Shown here piece by piece: positions 1-9,903 of a stretch of DNA of 64,000 bases (its first letter is position 1; every line of letters begins with the position of its first letter). Made by a program: the position numbers and the translations under genes. The stretch is from Candidatus Aceula meridiana. GTDB taxonomy: Bacteria > Omnitrophota > Gorgyraeia > Zapsychrales > Aceulaceae. The stretch covers positions 2-64,001 of the forward strand of contig JAVCDE010000018.1 of assembly GCA_030765185.1 (NCBI GenBank), read 5' to 3'. Below the pieces are notes generated by a model. That model saw only the letters and a list, made by a program, of their open reading frames with translations. It had not been told where the DNA came from and made no database searches.

Positions 1-208
1 TTCCTTAAAATCTTTAAAAGAGAATTTTGCCTGGCACCTCTCCTATACTTTGAAACTGAGGTAAAGTGTGCGTGCAAATTCCTTAAAATCTTTAAAAGAG
101 AATTTTGCCTGCCACTTCTCCTTAAGAAATCTTTTGTTTGTAGAGGAAAGTGTGCGTGCAAATTCCTTAAAATCTTTAAAAGAGAATTTTGCCTGCCACT
201 TCTCCTTA
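1..208. repeat. Tandem direct-repeat array, truncated by the window start. Three near-identical copies of ttccttaaaatctttaaaagagaattttgcctgccacttctcctt lie at 1-45, 79-124 and 163-208. The intervening segments share a conserved 3' part (aaagtgtgcgtgcaaa) and a variable 18-23 bp 5' part.
   Basis: Direct inspection shows periods of 78 and 84 bp. Copy 1 differs at two positions (ctggcacctctcct versus ctgccacttctcct). An AT-rich stretch follows at 209-340. Confidence 0.8.
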
Positions 209-538
209 AATAAATAATGTTAATTATATATAAATATTATAACATAATACTATTTTCGCCTGCTGTAGTCAATTTTTAAAATTAAAAACCTCAAATCGAA
301 ATTTCTCCTTTTTTTGTAACCCTTTTGAGGACACCTTGTTTTATCGCTAAAAATATGCTACACTTGATAAAATTGCCTTAGAATAAACATTTAATCAAGA
401 GTGTTTTTAAAAATATCGAATAAATTCCTTGGCATAATAAAATACTTTAAATACATATTATTCACAAGTATACTCAAAAATTAATACACCGCAAACCATT
501 CGCATATAAAGATATGGAATAAACAAGGAGAAACTGTT

Positions 539-1735
539 ATGAAAATTAGAAATTTAGCAACATGCCTCATCAGCATGTGTTTTCTTTTAATTTCGACATC
601 ACAAGCTAATGCTCAAGCTAATGCTGAAAAAGAAAAAGCCTGGATCTATCCGACATTCTCAACAATCCAAGAGTACGATAGCAATGTCTTTCTAGATTCA
701 GAAAATCCTAATGATGATTGGGTTACGACCGTTGTCCCCGGAATAGCCTTAGAGCCAAAATTAGTCGATCACAAGCTTAAAATTAATTACAAGGCAAAAT
801 ATGAATTCTTCGGAAAATATCACAAACAAAACAACGTCTCGCATATTGGCCAGCTCGATTCTACCTTAAACTTCACAAACTGGAAAATGGATCTTAATGA
901 TTTTTATATCAAAAGCTCTGACCGAAGTGGCGCTGAAATCACATCCCGCATCCCTAGAACAATGAATAATGCTGACCTTAAGCTAACCCATTTCTTTAAC
1001 AAAATGGACTTAGGAATTAAATATGTCAACCGTTTCGAAACTTATCACAGCGATGACGCCATTGGGTCATACCAAGGAAAATCTCTTACCTACCGAGACC
1101 TTAAGACGGATGACCATTCCGGCGAATTAGAATTTGCGTTAAAACTTTGGCCAAAAACTTCCCTACTAGTATCCGAAAGAATTGGATCGCTAAACTATCT
1201 TACAGGCAACAAAAGCGACTCGAGATACTATGACACATTAGTTGGCCTTAAGGGAGCTTTAACTGGCAAGAGTATCGCGGAATTTAAGATAGGTTACCGT
1301 CATCAAAATTATGAAGACTACGGAGAAGATTACAAGGGCCTTATTGCCCTAGGAACCATTCTTGAAAGCTTCAATGACCGCAATACCCTACAGTTTAGTT
1401 TTCAAAGAGAAACAAACCCAACAAATTATACGGACAATGCCTACTATCTCAGCACTTTTCTCTTTACCGAATATGTTCATGGCTTTACCAAGCGATTTAG
1501 AGGAAAAACAAACGTATCATATCAGCTTAATGAATACCCAACAGCAACAGCAGAAGAAGGAAAAAACATAAATCGCGCAGATCAGCTTTGGATTTTAGGC
1601 GCAGGGTTAAGTTATGAATTAGTCAAATGGGGGACAGTAAATCTTGATTATACATATGGGGCTAAGACATCGAATTTTGACGCATATGACTATCAAGATA
1701 ACCGAATCAGGCTTGGATTTGTTCTTGATTTCTAA
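539..1735 (+). CDS. Outer-membrane beta-barrel protein associated with a polysaccharide locus
   Basis: N-terminal signal peptide (MKIRNLATCLISMCFLLISTSQANA). Alternating amphipathic pattern throughout. C-terminal RLGFVLDF with a terminal Phe, typical of OMP beta-barrels. Directly upstream of wza. Confidence 0.6.
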   Translation: MKIRNLATCLISMCFLLISTSQANAQANAEKEKAWIYPTFSTIQEYDSNVFLDSENPNDDWVTTVVPGIALEPKLVDHKLKINYKAKYEFFGKYHKQNNVSHIGQLDSTLNFTNWKMDLNDFYIKSSDRSGAEITSRIPRTMNNADLKLTHFFNKMDLGIKYVNRFETYHSDDAIGSYQGKSLTYRDLKTDDHSGELEFALKLWPKTSLLVSERIGSLNYLTGNKSDSRYYDTLVGLKGALTGKSIAEFKIGYRHQNYEDYGEDYKGLIALGTILESFNDRNTLQFSFQRETNPTNYTDNAYYLSTFLFTEYVHGFTKRFRGKTNVSYQLNEYPTATAEEGKNINRADQLWILGAGLSYELVKWGTVNLDYTYGAKTSNFDAYDYQDNRIRLGFVLDF

Positions 1736-1806
1736 TTTATGATCAATTTAAAGCAGACATAAACACGCTTAAAGAAATACTTCAGATTTCTCTGATAAAC
1801 AACAAT

Positions 1807-2385
1807 ATGCTTAAAAATATTCTTATCGCAACTCTTGTTATTTCTATTGTTTTTTGTGCTTCCTCTGTATTTGCGCAAAAAAGCGATTATATTATCCAGC
1901 CAGAAGACGTCCTTGACATTACAGTCTATGAAAATCCTGATTTAAAAACACAAACCCGTGTTTCATCCGAAGGCGATATCCCTTTTCCGCTTCTAGGTAA
2001 TGTTAATGCCTCAGGGCTAACCGTGCGCAAGCTTAAGGATAAGCTTACCAAAGCGCTTGAAAAAGATTACCTTGTCAGCGCCCAAGTCAACATTTTTATC
2101 AAAGAATACCATGTCAAACAAGTGACTGTTTTAGGATCTGTTATCAAGCCAGGAAAATACGACATGTTCCCGGAGAAGGAAACAACCGTGCTTGACGCCA
2201 TTGCCCTGGCTGGCGGCTTTAGCAAAATTGCTCAAATTAACGGAACCCGCATCATTCGCACCGAAGACAATGAAGAACAGGTTATCCCGATTCGGGTGAC
2301 CGATATCACAAAAAAAGGTTTAAATGAGAATAATATCCCCTTAAACCCCGGGGACATCGTATTTATTCCCGAAAGTTTCTTTTAA
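1807..2385 (+). CDS. wza: Wza-type polysaccharide export protein (Poly_export + SLBB domains)
   Basis: Signal peptide. Conserved Poly_export block DYIIQPEDVLDITVYENPDL...GDIPFPLLGNVNASGLT, then an SLBB-like VTVLGSVIKPGKYDM...TVLDAIALAGGF, and C-terminal NPGDIVFIPESFF. Confidence 0.85.
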   Translation: MLKNILIATLVISIVFCASSVFAQKSDYIIQPEDVLDITVYENPDLKTQTRVSSEGDIPFPLLGNVNASGLTVRKLKDKLTKALEKDYLVSAQVNIFIKEYHVKQVTVLGSVIKPGKYDMFPEKETTVLDAIALAGGFSKIAQINGTRIIRTEDNEEQVIPIRVTDITKKGLNENNIPLNPGDIVFIPESFF

Positions 2386-2405
2386 TCTAAAAAAACGGAT
2401 TCTCC

Positions 2406-4046
2406 ATGCCAGAAAATCTCCAAGCATCAGAAGCCCATTTAAGTGATTATTTCAAGATTATCAAAAAACAAAAAGCTATTATCATTGTTTTCTTTTGTGT
2501 TGTCGTTGCTACGGTTACAGCCGCGAGCCTACTGATGATACCTATTTATCGCTCAACAGTAACTCTGTTAATAGACCAAGAGGGCTCCAGTGTTTTAACA
2601 ACTTCCGGGAACGTCTCAATCGGAACGCCGGACTACTATGCGTACAAAGAATATTTTCAAAGTCAGCAGTCGATGATCACATCTCGACAAATCATCAAAA
2701 AAGTTTTTGATGAATTTAATCTCAAAGATGCTAAAAAATATAAAAAATCAGTCGATCCTATAAGCGACTTCTTAAAAACGATTAAAGTCGAAGCAATCCG
2801 CGATACCCGTCTTTTGCAGTTGCATGTGGATGACAAAGACCCTGTGCTAGCGGCAAAAATTGCAAATCGCATAGCCGAGATCTATGTTCAACGAAATCTT
2901 GTCTACATTAGCAAATCAGAAGCCGCGGAACTTTTAAAAAATGAATATTTACGCCTCCAGGCAAAGCTTGGAGAATTATCAAAGATTTACAAAGACAAAC
3001 ACCCGCAAATTATCCGGCTTAAACAAGAAATCAAAGACATGGTTTCCCGCATCGAAGGACAAACTACACCTGGAACAGATAATTTTGGAATCAGCGAAGA
3101 CATTTTAATCGGCCTTAAGGCTAATAATATCAGTGTTCAGGACTGGGCCGAACCTAACGTAAAACCAATTAGACCTAAAAAACGCCTCAATGTTCTTCTT
3201 GCCATTTTTGCTGGGCTCTTTGGCGGAATTGGACTTGCCTTCTTTTTTGAATACCTTGATGATTCCGTTAAAAATGCAGAAGACACCCAAAAAATCTTTC
3301 CATGGACGTTTTTAGGCTATATCCTTGATATCGGAAAAACTGCTAATTGTAAAAAGATCAATAAGGACCTGTTTGTCCATCATAAACCCAAAGACCCAGT
3401 TGCCGAGGCTTATCGAACTATCCGCACAAGCATCTCTTTTCTATCTACGGATGGCCATCCTCTTAAATGCATTGCTATTACAAGCCCTCGCCCTAAGGAA
3501 GGAAAAACCGTAACGTCTTGTAACTTATCTATTATTTTTGCCCAAAATCATGAAAGAGTCCTTATCGTTGATGCAGATATGCGAAAATCACGGCTACATA
3601 ATACTTTTGGTGCTAAAAATGACAAAGGTTTAGCAAACTACCTTATTAATCAAACATCTTTTGATGAAATCGTTCATCAAACAGAAATCCCGAACTTGTC
3701 AATATGCCCTTGCGGCCCCCATCCACCTAATCCATCGGAATTGCTAAGTTCACAAAGAATGAAAAATTTTATTAAAGAGGCAAAAGATAAATTTGATTTT
3801 ATTATCATTGATACACCACCGATTGCTATTGTAACGGATTCCATTATTCTTTCTCGGCTTGTTGACCAAACCATTATTGTCCTTGAAAGCGAGAAAACTT
3901 CAACCCGAGTTTTGCCTCGCATCAATCAAATGCTTAAAAATTCTAAAGCAGAAAACGTGAGCTTCCTTATTAACAAAAAACTGCCATCAATGAGAAGAAA
4001 ATATGATTATTACTACGCGGCTTCTTCTCCCGAAGAAGACAAATGA
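2406..4046 (+). CDS. wzc: Wzc/EpsB-type polysaccharide co-polymerase with a C-terminal BY tyrosine autokinase
   Basis: N-terminal TM helix plus a Wzz-like periplasmic domain, and a second TM helix (LLAIFAGLFGGIGLAFFFEYL). P-loop ITSPRPKEGKTVTSCN, Walker B FIIIDTPP, and a Tyr-rich C-terminal tail KYDYYYAASS. Confidence 0.85.
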   Translation: MPENLQASEAHLSDYFKIIKKQKAIIIVFFCVVVATVTAASLLMIPIYRSTVTLLIDQEGSSVLTTSGNVSIGTPDYYAYKEYFQSQQSMITSRQIIKKVFDEFNLKDAKKYKKSVDPISDFLKTIKVEAIRDTRLLQLHVDDKDPVLAAKIANRIAEIYVQRNLVYISKSEAAELLKNEYLRLQAKLGELSKIYKDKHPQIIRLKQEIKDMVSRIEGQTTPGTDNFGISEDILIGLKANNISVQDWAEPNVKPIRPKKRLNVLLAIFAGLFGGIGLAFFFEYLDDSVKNAEDTQKIFPWTFLGYILDIGKTANCKKINKDLFVHHKPKDPVAEAYRTIRTSISFLSTDGHPLKCIAITSPRPKEGKTVTSCNLSIIFAQNHERVLIVDADMRKSRLHNTFGAKNDKGLANYLINQTSFDEIVHQTEIPNLSICPCGPHPPNPSELLSSQRMKNFIKEAKDKFDFIIIDTPPIAIVTDSIILSRLVDQTIIVLESEKTSTRVLPRINQMLKNSKAENVSFLINKKLPSMRRKYDYYYAASSPEEDK

Positions 4047-4756
4047 TCGATATTCATTGTCATATCCTCTGGGGTGTTGACGATGGGCCTCAAACATTCC
4101 AAGAATCCCTTGATATGTGCCGCAAGGCCGCTAATGATGGAATAGGTACAATTGTAGCCTCCCCTCATTGCAGAAACGGTGTTTACAACGTTTCTGCAGA
4201 CCAAGTCTTTAGCGGCGTTGAAAAACTTAACAAAGTTCTTAAAAAAGAAAACATTAACACAAAAGTCATCCCCGGACACGAAAACCATATCCATCCTTAT
4301 TCGATTCAAGATATCGAAGACGGAACATCTTTAACGATCAATAATAATAAAAAATATATTTTAATTGAAATGCCTGTTGAATCTGTGCCTTTTTATATAG
4401 AAGCATTTATCACAAGCATGAACAAAAAAGGAATTACCAGCATCATTAGCCATCCGGAGAGAAACACACATATTCAGGCTAACATCAGTATTCTTGAAAA
4501 CCTTATTAAAAAAGGCGCTTTAACCGAAATTACGGCTATGAGTATCACAGGAGACTTTGGCGCAAGCGCAAAGAAATCAGCTATGGAAATGCTTAAAAAG
4601 AATCTTGTACATACGATTGCAAGCGATGCTCACTCTTTAAATAAACGCCCCCCCATTCTTTCCAGGGCTGTTAAAACGGCTGAAAAGATTATTAGCCCAA
4701 AGTTCGTTCAAGCAATGGTTGTTGATACACCGCTAAAAATTATTAACACAATATAA
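4043..4756 (+). CDS. CpsB/YwqE-type PHP-family protein-tyrosine phosphatase
   Basis: N-terminal MIDIHCHILWGVDDGP signature of Mn-dependent CpsB phosphatases. HPERN and ASDAHS motifs. Overlaps the wzc stop by 4 nt. Confidence 0.85.
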   Translation: MIDIHCHILWGVDDGPQTFQESLDMCRKAANDGIGTIVASPHCRNGVYNVSADQVFSGVEKLNKVLKKENINTKVIPGHENHIHPYSIQDIEDGTSLTINNNKKYILIEMPVESVPFYIEAFITSMNKKGITSIISHPERNTHIQANISILENLIKKGALTEITAMSITGDFGASAKKSAMEMLKKNLVHTIASDAHSLNKRPPILSRAVKTAEKIISPKFVQAMVVDTPLKIINTI

Positions 4757-5386
4757 ATGACAAAAAATTTATCTTCTATCTCGCTCAAGCCTCTTATTGT
4801 TGTCCTTCTGTGTATCACTTTATTTTTTATAGCTTATTATATTAAGGGTCGACTAGATATCGATCTTCTGCCAACACGTCATTTTCTTATTTTCAAAGAA
4901 GATTTCCAGGAAAAACATTTTATTGGGCAAAAAGAAAGATTCTTTGAATCCAAGAAAGAAAAAGAAGAACGAAACGCTTTGTTTAAAAAAATCCTAGCAG
5001 AGGCAGCAAAGGGTAAAAATATCGGCTGGATCGGAAAAGCTCGGCAGGGAGACCACGAATATCAAAATGGAACCATGTATTGGAAAGGAAGCGTGCATAC
5101 AGCTGTATTATTACCCAGAGGTGAGGCCATAATTATGCTTGAAGCTAAAGGTTCTAAGGCCAAGAATATTTTTCCTAAAGTCATCATTGAACTTGATAAT
5201 AAAGAAATCGAAAACTTATTTATTCGAAGCGAAGAATGGAAAACTTATCCTTTAAAAGTTAAAACAGACGGCGGGATGAAAATTTTAAGCGTAACATTTG
5301 TTAATGATTCTAATGACGATGGCCCAGGGCAAGATCGAAATTTGTTTCTTAAAAAAATCAAAATATCAAAACCTTCTCTAAATTAA
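4757..5386 (+). CDS. Membrane-anchored protein with a C-terminal CBM-like beta-sandwich domain
   Basis: N-terminal TM helix. C-terminal about 100 aa (NGTMYWKGSVHTAVLLP...AKGSKAKNIFPKVIIELDNKEI...ILSVTFVNDSNDDGPGQDRNLFL) is clearly paralogous to the C-terminus of the 17045-18106 product. The pattern resembles Ca-dependent carbohydrate-binding modules; that assignment is tentative. Confidence 0.5.
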   Translation: MTKNLSSISLKPLIVVLLCITLFFIAYYIKGRLDIDLLPTRHFLIFKEDFQEKHFIGQKERFFESKKEKEERNALFKKILAEAAKGKNIGWIGKARQGDHEYQNGTMYWKGSVHTAVLLPRGEAIIMLEAKGSKAKNIFPKVIIELDNKEIENLFIRSEEWKTYPLKVKTDGGMKILSVTFVNDSNDDGPGQDRNLFLKKIKISKPSLN

Positions 5387-5387
5387 T

Positions 5388-6668
5388 TTATATTTTTCCG
5401 TTAATCAACTTCCACAAATAAGCATCGCTTTTATATTCTACGTCTTTAATGGTAATAGGTTCATCTTCTCGAATGTCTCGCTTGAGCTTACACCCAGGCG
5501 CAGCAGAAACCGGCAAACAATTACCGCTTTTGATATCGCCGTATTTTTGTACAAGCCCATAGAACGTAAACCCTCCAATTTCATCTAACACTTCCCCTTT
5601 ACATAAATCTTTCTTTGCATAAACAGCCACATCCGTTATTTTCTCTTTAAGAGGCTTAATTACGGGCAACTTTAACAAGCATATCTTTGCAATGCCGATG
5701 AGTATTTCAAATTGACACAAATGATACGCTTTATAAAATAAATAGTATGGACCGCTGCCCATTTTTAAATATTTCATATCGTTCATAGATTTTGGATTAC
5801 TATTTTTTCCAATAACAAAGATTGCGCCGGAAGGTTCTGCGCCGCTTATAATTTCAACAACTCCGCTTTGCGATAAAATACCCCCCTCTTGTCCCAACTT
5901 CATAAGCTTGATAACGCTATCAAAAGTCCCTTCAGGACAATGCATTCCCGCAACATCAGGAACAAGCCCGCTGGCATTAGCAACCAACGCCATCTCAATA
6001 TTTGCCTTTGTTCCGTCTGCAAAGGAAGATATCTTAAAGGGATTTTGCTTAAATTTCTCAGCCCAGGGCTTCACGGATTCAGGATTAGCATGTCTGTCTG
6101 TAAAATTCTTAAATTTTCCTGCCGCCACAATTTCAAATTTCATCAGCCGTACATAATTAATCAAATCAAATGTTTCACCCGGCTCATCACCTAAAAAACC
6201 GGAATAAACAACACCCTTGCTTTCAGCCAATTGATTCAAATGAGTTCCAATAGCCACATCCATCTCAGGGCTAGCACAAATATGGACACCACTCTGTATG
6301 GTTTTATAAGCAAGTTCCGCACCAAATTTTGGATCTCCTGTTAAATCAAGGACGATATCAACGTTAGCGGAAAAAATGAGATCGATCTCTTTAACAGCCG
6401 CAACCTTATTTTCTCTAACAGCTCTCTGAACATCCTCTTTTGTGCTGCAAGGAATATATTCAAATCTTCTAGCGCAAGGGCCGAAGGCGTCTTGCAATTT
6501 CATTTCTTTTCGATACAAAACAACAGAAGGAAAAAACGTTTGCACCTTTAACTGTGATAGCTGGCAGAGAACACCACCGGCAACAAACCCAGTCCCTGCA
6601 ATCGCAAGCTTTATCGGCCCGTTTTTTCTGTGATTCCTCTGAAGCTCTTCAAACAAATAGCTATACAC
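5388..6668 (-). CDS. NAD(P)-binding oxidoreductase with a C-terminal SAF domain (homoserine-dehydrogenase-like fold, COG4091-type)
   Basis: N-terminal Rossmann motif LAIAGTGFVAGGVL. C-terminal SAF-like region (GDIKSGNCLPVSAAPGCKLKRDI). It is the last gene of the minus-strand sugar operon. Confidence 0.55.
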   Translation of the reverse strand: MYSYLFEELQRNHRKNGPIKLAIAGTGFVAGGVLCQLSQLKVQTFFPSVVLYRKEMKLQDAFGPCARRFEYIPCSTKEDVQRAVRENKVAAVKEIDLIFSANVDIVLDLTGDPKFGAELAYKTIQSGVHICASPEMDVAIGTHLNQLAESKGVVYSGFLGDEPGETFDLINYVRLMKFEIVAAGKFKNFTDRHANPESVKPWAEKFKQNPFKISSFADGTKANIEMALVANASGLVPDVAGMHCPEGTFDSVIKLMKLGQEGGILSQSGVVEIISGAEPSGAIFVIGKNSNPKSMNDMKYLKMGSGPYYLFYKAYHLCQFEILIGIAKICLLKLPVIKPLKEKITDVAVYAKKDLCKGEVLDEIGGFTFYGLVQKYGDIKSGNCLPVSAAPGCKLKRDIREDEPITIKDVEYKSDAYLWKLINGKI

Positions 6669-7773
6669 TGTTTTTCTCCCGCTCTTCTGTTAATTTATTT
6701 TCTATAATTTTGATTATATCATAGGTAACTCTTTTCGGCGTGAAATGCTCATCAAACACTCGAGCGTTGGACTCTCCTAATTTCTTGAGTCGCTCCGGAT
6801 CATTTAATAATTCTACAGCTCTCTTTACAATTTCTTTCGGACTATCATAAGCAAACTGTTCGTCAAAATAAGGATATTTCATAATGGCTTCTTTATTGTT
6901 TAAGATTGTCTGGCCAACAATCGGCATTCCCAAATATAGCAATTGACTAAATTTAAATGAAAAACAATTATGCACGCCTCTTACATAAATTCCAACTTTT
7001 GCGCTGGTTAAACAATCTAAATACTTTCTTAAAGGAAAAGATGGGACGCGAAATTCACCAAATTTTCCTGGAATTTTCCTCCGACTAACAAACCCAAAAA
7101 CCGCATTAATGTCAGAATATTTTTGCAACTCCTTCATAATTTGATAACGAAATTCATTATGGCCTGCATGAACTTCTTCCCTGTAATAAACAACCATGAA
7201 AAGAATATCAAATCTTTTTTTCTTTCTTCGCATCTTCTTTATGTGGTCTACGGTTAAAGTATAAAAAAAATGTCGGACCATCTTTATAAAATCGACAAAA
7301 GTTCTGTCACCCAGACTATTTTGATAAATTAAAGATATCCAAGAAAGCAAAGCAGACGGTTTTATCGGAGAAAAAGGAAACGCCGGGTAAATTTTCGTCT
7401 TAAAATCTTTTAAATTCAGATCAGCTTCAATCGCTTCTTTGTTATAATTGACCTTAAAATAATATTTTACTCTTTTCAACAAAGGCAAATGATACCCTCT
7501 ATCTTCTTTTTTATGAGAATCGCAACGATCATATGTGTCTATGCAAAAAAAGAACTGTTCGTTACCCTGTTTAACTTTAAATAAGCACATAGAATAACGT
7601 ATCTTTTTACCATCATCATCTTCAAGAGATCCAGACAACTCTTCAGGGATCTCTTTTGATATTCGAAATTTATATCCTAAACTTTCTGAATTTTCCAGGA
7701 ATCCTGTAATAAAAAAAGTTGAGTACAATAAATTGTTAAAATTGTAATGTGTGATCTCAGCTCTTTCTCTCAT
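6661..7773 (-). CDS. Divergent GT-B-like glycosyltransferase or capsule-biosynthesis protein
   Basis: The C-terminal half resembles the GT1 C-terminal region (VGIYVRG...LGMPIVGQT...LLNDPERLKKLGESNARVFDEHF). It overlaps both neighbours, so it lies in the operon. Confidence 0.4.
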   Translation of the reverse strand: MRERAEITHYNFNNLLYSTFFITGFLENSESLGYKFRISKEIPEELSGSLEDDDGKKIRYSMCLFKVKQGNEQFFFCIDTYDRCDSHKKEDRGYHLPLLKRVKYYFKVNYNKEAIEADLNLKDFKTKIYPAFPFSPIKPSALLSWISLIYQNSLGDRTFVDFIKMVRHFFYTLTVDHIKKMRRKKKRFDILFMVVYYREEVHAGHNEFRYQIMKELQKYSDINAVFGFVSRRKIPGKFGEFRVPSFPLRKYLDCLTSAKVGIYVRGVHNCFSFKFSQLLYLGMPIVGQTILNNKEAIMKYPYFDEQFAYDSPKEIVKRAVELLNDPERLKKLGESNARVFDEHFTPKRVTYDIIKIIENKLTEEREKNSV

Positions 7774-8903
7774 CGACGCTCCTTTACATCTCTATAAACC
7801 TTAAAAGTTTCTTGCGCGATATTCTCCCAATTATAATTCTTTCGAATATATTCGATTTGTTCCTTTTTTTCTTCCGCTGAAATAGGATTTTGACAAGCTA
7901 ACTTAAATTTATTCGATAGCCCATCAACATCTCCGTGCTTGAAATAACATCCTTCATCAAGTTTTAAAATGCGATTCGCAGGAATATCTGAAGCAATACA
8001 TTGCAATCCATAACTCATAGCTTCTAAAAGGACAATTGGCAATCCTTCGTAATAAGAAGGTAAAACAAAACATCCTGCATGACTATACAATTCTTCAAGT
8101 GCCCTGCCAGTCAAAAACCCTGTTAACACAATATTTTTGTTGTTGCTTGTGCGTGCTTTTATCATCTGGCTATAAGCATCTTCGTGATCCGAATCCCCAA
8201 CAATGACAAGCTTATATCCGGAAGATATCAACGTGTCCGATACAACAAAAGCATTTACTAAATCATCAAACCCTTTTTCGGGAACAAACCGCCCAACGGC
8301 TAAAAAATACCTTCCCTTTTCAACTTGCTTTTCCTGTAAAAAGTCAGCACCCAGACAAATCCGGGGGATGTTCACCCCGTTTGGAATAACACTGGATGTC
8401 CGACCATACTTTTTCTTAATATCTTCGGCAATCGTTTGCGATATGCAAATAACATGATCAGCAGTTTTAATTCCGACATACTCTCCAAAACGTAAAATAA
8501 TCTTTGCAAACCAATTCCATTTCTTTCTCTTATAATCAGGGCCATGATGAGTCACTACAACTGTTAAACCTAAAATCTTTGCCAAAAGCGTAAACAAAGA
8601 CGGACCAACAGCATGAATATGCAGAATATCGCATCCCAGTTTTTTCGCTTTAAAAACACCGATAAACGTATGAAAAAATGCTTCTAAAAATTTACTGCGG
8701 GAACAAGACAAAGGAAGAATGTCAACTCCACGATATTGATACGACTTTGTCCCTACGTAAGAATGACGGGCGAGAACAACAACCTGACAGCCCAACGAAG
8801 CAAGGACAGGATAAAGATTTTCACAATGTGTCTCAACTCCTCCTTGAACATTCGGAAAACCCCGAGTCCCCAAAACAATAATTTTTATTTGTTTCATTTT
8901 CAA
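7770..8903 (-). CDS. GT4-family glycosyltransferase
   Basis: N-terminal KIIVLGTRGFPNVQGGVETH, and C-terminal EGLPIVLLEAMSYGLQCIASD (an E-x7-E type motif). Confidence 0.85.
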   Translation of the reverse strand: MKMKQIKIIVLGTRGFPNVQGGVETHCENLYPVLASLGCQVVVLARHSYVGTKSYQYRGVDILPLSCSRSKFLEAFFHTFIGVFKAKKLGCDILHIHAVGPSLFTLLAKILGLTVVVTHHGPDYKRKKWNWFAKIILRFGEYVGIKTADHVICISQTIAEDIKKKYGRTSSVIPNGVNIPRICLGADFLQEKQVEKGRYFLAVGRFVPEKGFDDLVNAFVVSDTLISSGYKLVIVGDSDHEDAYSQMIKARTSNNKNIVLTGFLTGRALEELYSHAGCFVLPSYYEGLPIVLLEAMSYGLQCIASDIPANRILKLDEGCYFKHGDVDGLSNKFKLACQNPISAEEKKEQIEYIRKNYNWENIAQETFKVYRDVKERR

Positions 8904-8904
8904 T

Positions 8905-9888
8905 TTATTTAAGGTTTAACTCTCGCCCCATCATTACCTTAAGCTTATTCCTAAAAACCCAAGAAATAGGCTTCAATGGATGCGCATAAATTGCCGGCGC
9001 AGCACTGCCGATCATCCAGCAATTTTTCTTGCAATTTTTGACCATATTTCTAACTTCTTTAGCTCTTGTGCTGTTCCAAATTTCATCCCAGGCTTGTTCT
9101 TTTAGGTTACCCATAGGTTGCTTTTGATCCATTCCGTTACAAGCCAAAATATCACCCCATGGGTCAAGAAAAAAACCATTTTCACCCATCTCGCAAGGCA
9201 AGAGGCGAGAATTACCACGAATAAAATTAATCAACCCGTAATTAAAATAAGCCCGAAACCAATTCTTAATTTTCTTTGATTTTAGAAGCTCAAGAATCAA
9301 TTCTCGAAATTCATCAATGACAGCTTCCTTATTTTTAACCTTGTTATCTTTTTTGCAAAAATAATGCGAATTGTGCACTGTTGCCGTTGCAAACTCATAG
9401 TCGAGATCACATGCCATCTTATAAAGAGTACTCAAATCTTGATAATTAACATCTTGTACAGTCATAGCAAATCCAATATCTTTAAGCCCCATCTCATGCA
9501 GATTCTTTAAAGTATCCTGCGTTCTATTGTATCCATCAGGTATTCCCCGAATCAAGTCATTGGACTCCTGCAAGCCCTCAAGGCTGATGCGGATACCAAG
9601 ATCAGGATATCTTTTACACAATTCGACTATCCGCTCCGTAAAAAACCCATTTGTACTTATTACAATACGTCGTGTTTTTTTTCTTAACGCCTTGATTATC
9701 TCTGGAAAATCCTGACGCACAAACGGCTCTCCCCCGGTTACATTTGTAAAAAACATCTGAGGAAGCTTCTCTATGACCTCAAGGCCTATTTCTTCACTTG
9801 GCTTAGTCGGATGCTTCCAAACATCGCACATGTTGCACTTTGCATTGCATCGATAAGTGACAATTATAGAGCCATGAAGTTTCGACAT
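8905..9888 (-). CDS. Radical SAM / SPASM-domain protein
   Basis: CX3CX2C motif (YRCNAKCNMCD) near the N-terminus. GGEP motif (VTGGEPFV). C-terminal Cys-rich SPASM-like region (LPCEMGENGFFLDPWGDILACNG...PMGNLKEQAWDEIWNS...CKKNCW). Confidence 0.8.
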   Translation of the reverse strand: MSKLHGSIIVTYRCNAKCNMCDVWKHPTKPSEEIGLEVIEKLPQMFFTNVTGGEPFVRQDFPEIIKALRKKTRRIVISTNGFFTERIVELCKRYPDLGIRISLEGLQESNDLIRGIPDGYNRTQDTLKNLHEMGLKDIGFAMTVQDVNYQDLSTLYKMACDLDYEFATATVHNSHYFCKKDNKVKNKEAVIDEFRELILELLKSKKIKNWFRAYFNYGLINFIRGNSRLLPCEMGENGFFLDPWGDILACNGMDQKQPMGNLKEQAWDEIWNSTRAKEVRNMVKNCKKNCWMIGSAAPAIYAHPLKPISWVFRNKLKVMMGRELNLK

Positions 9889-9903
9889 TCTTTTAAGTCT
9901 CCT

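Noticed and set aside
1-208. Calling the repeat array a bona fide CRISPR locus
   Set aside because: The spacers share a conserved 15-nt end, and the unique parts are only 18-23 nt if the repeat is taken at full length. No cas genes are visible. It is kept as an unexplained tandem repeat.
1362-4309. Small nested or antisense ORFs (1362-1571, 2495-2710, 2663-2872, 3105-3290, 3325-3513, 3677-3925, 4013-4309)
   Set aside because: They are fully embedded in well-supported genes (OMP, wzc, cpsB). Most lie on the opposite strand or out of frame, and none has an RBS or a recognisable motif.
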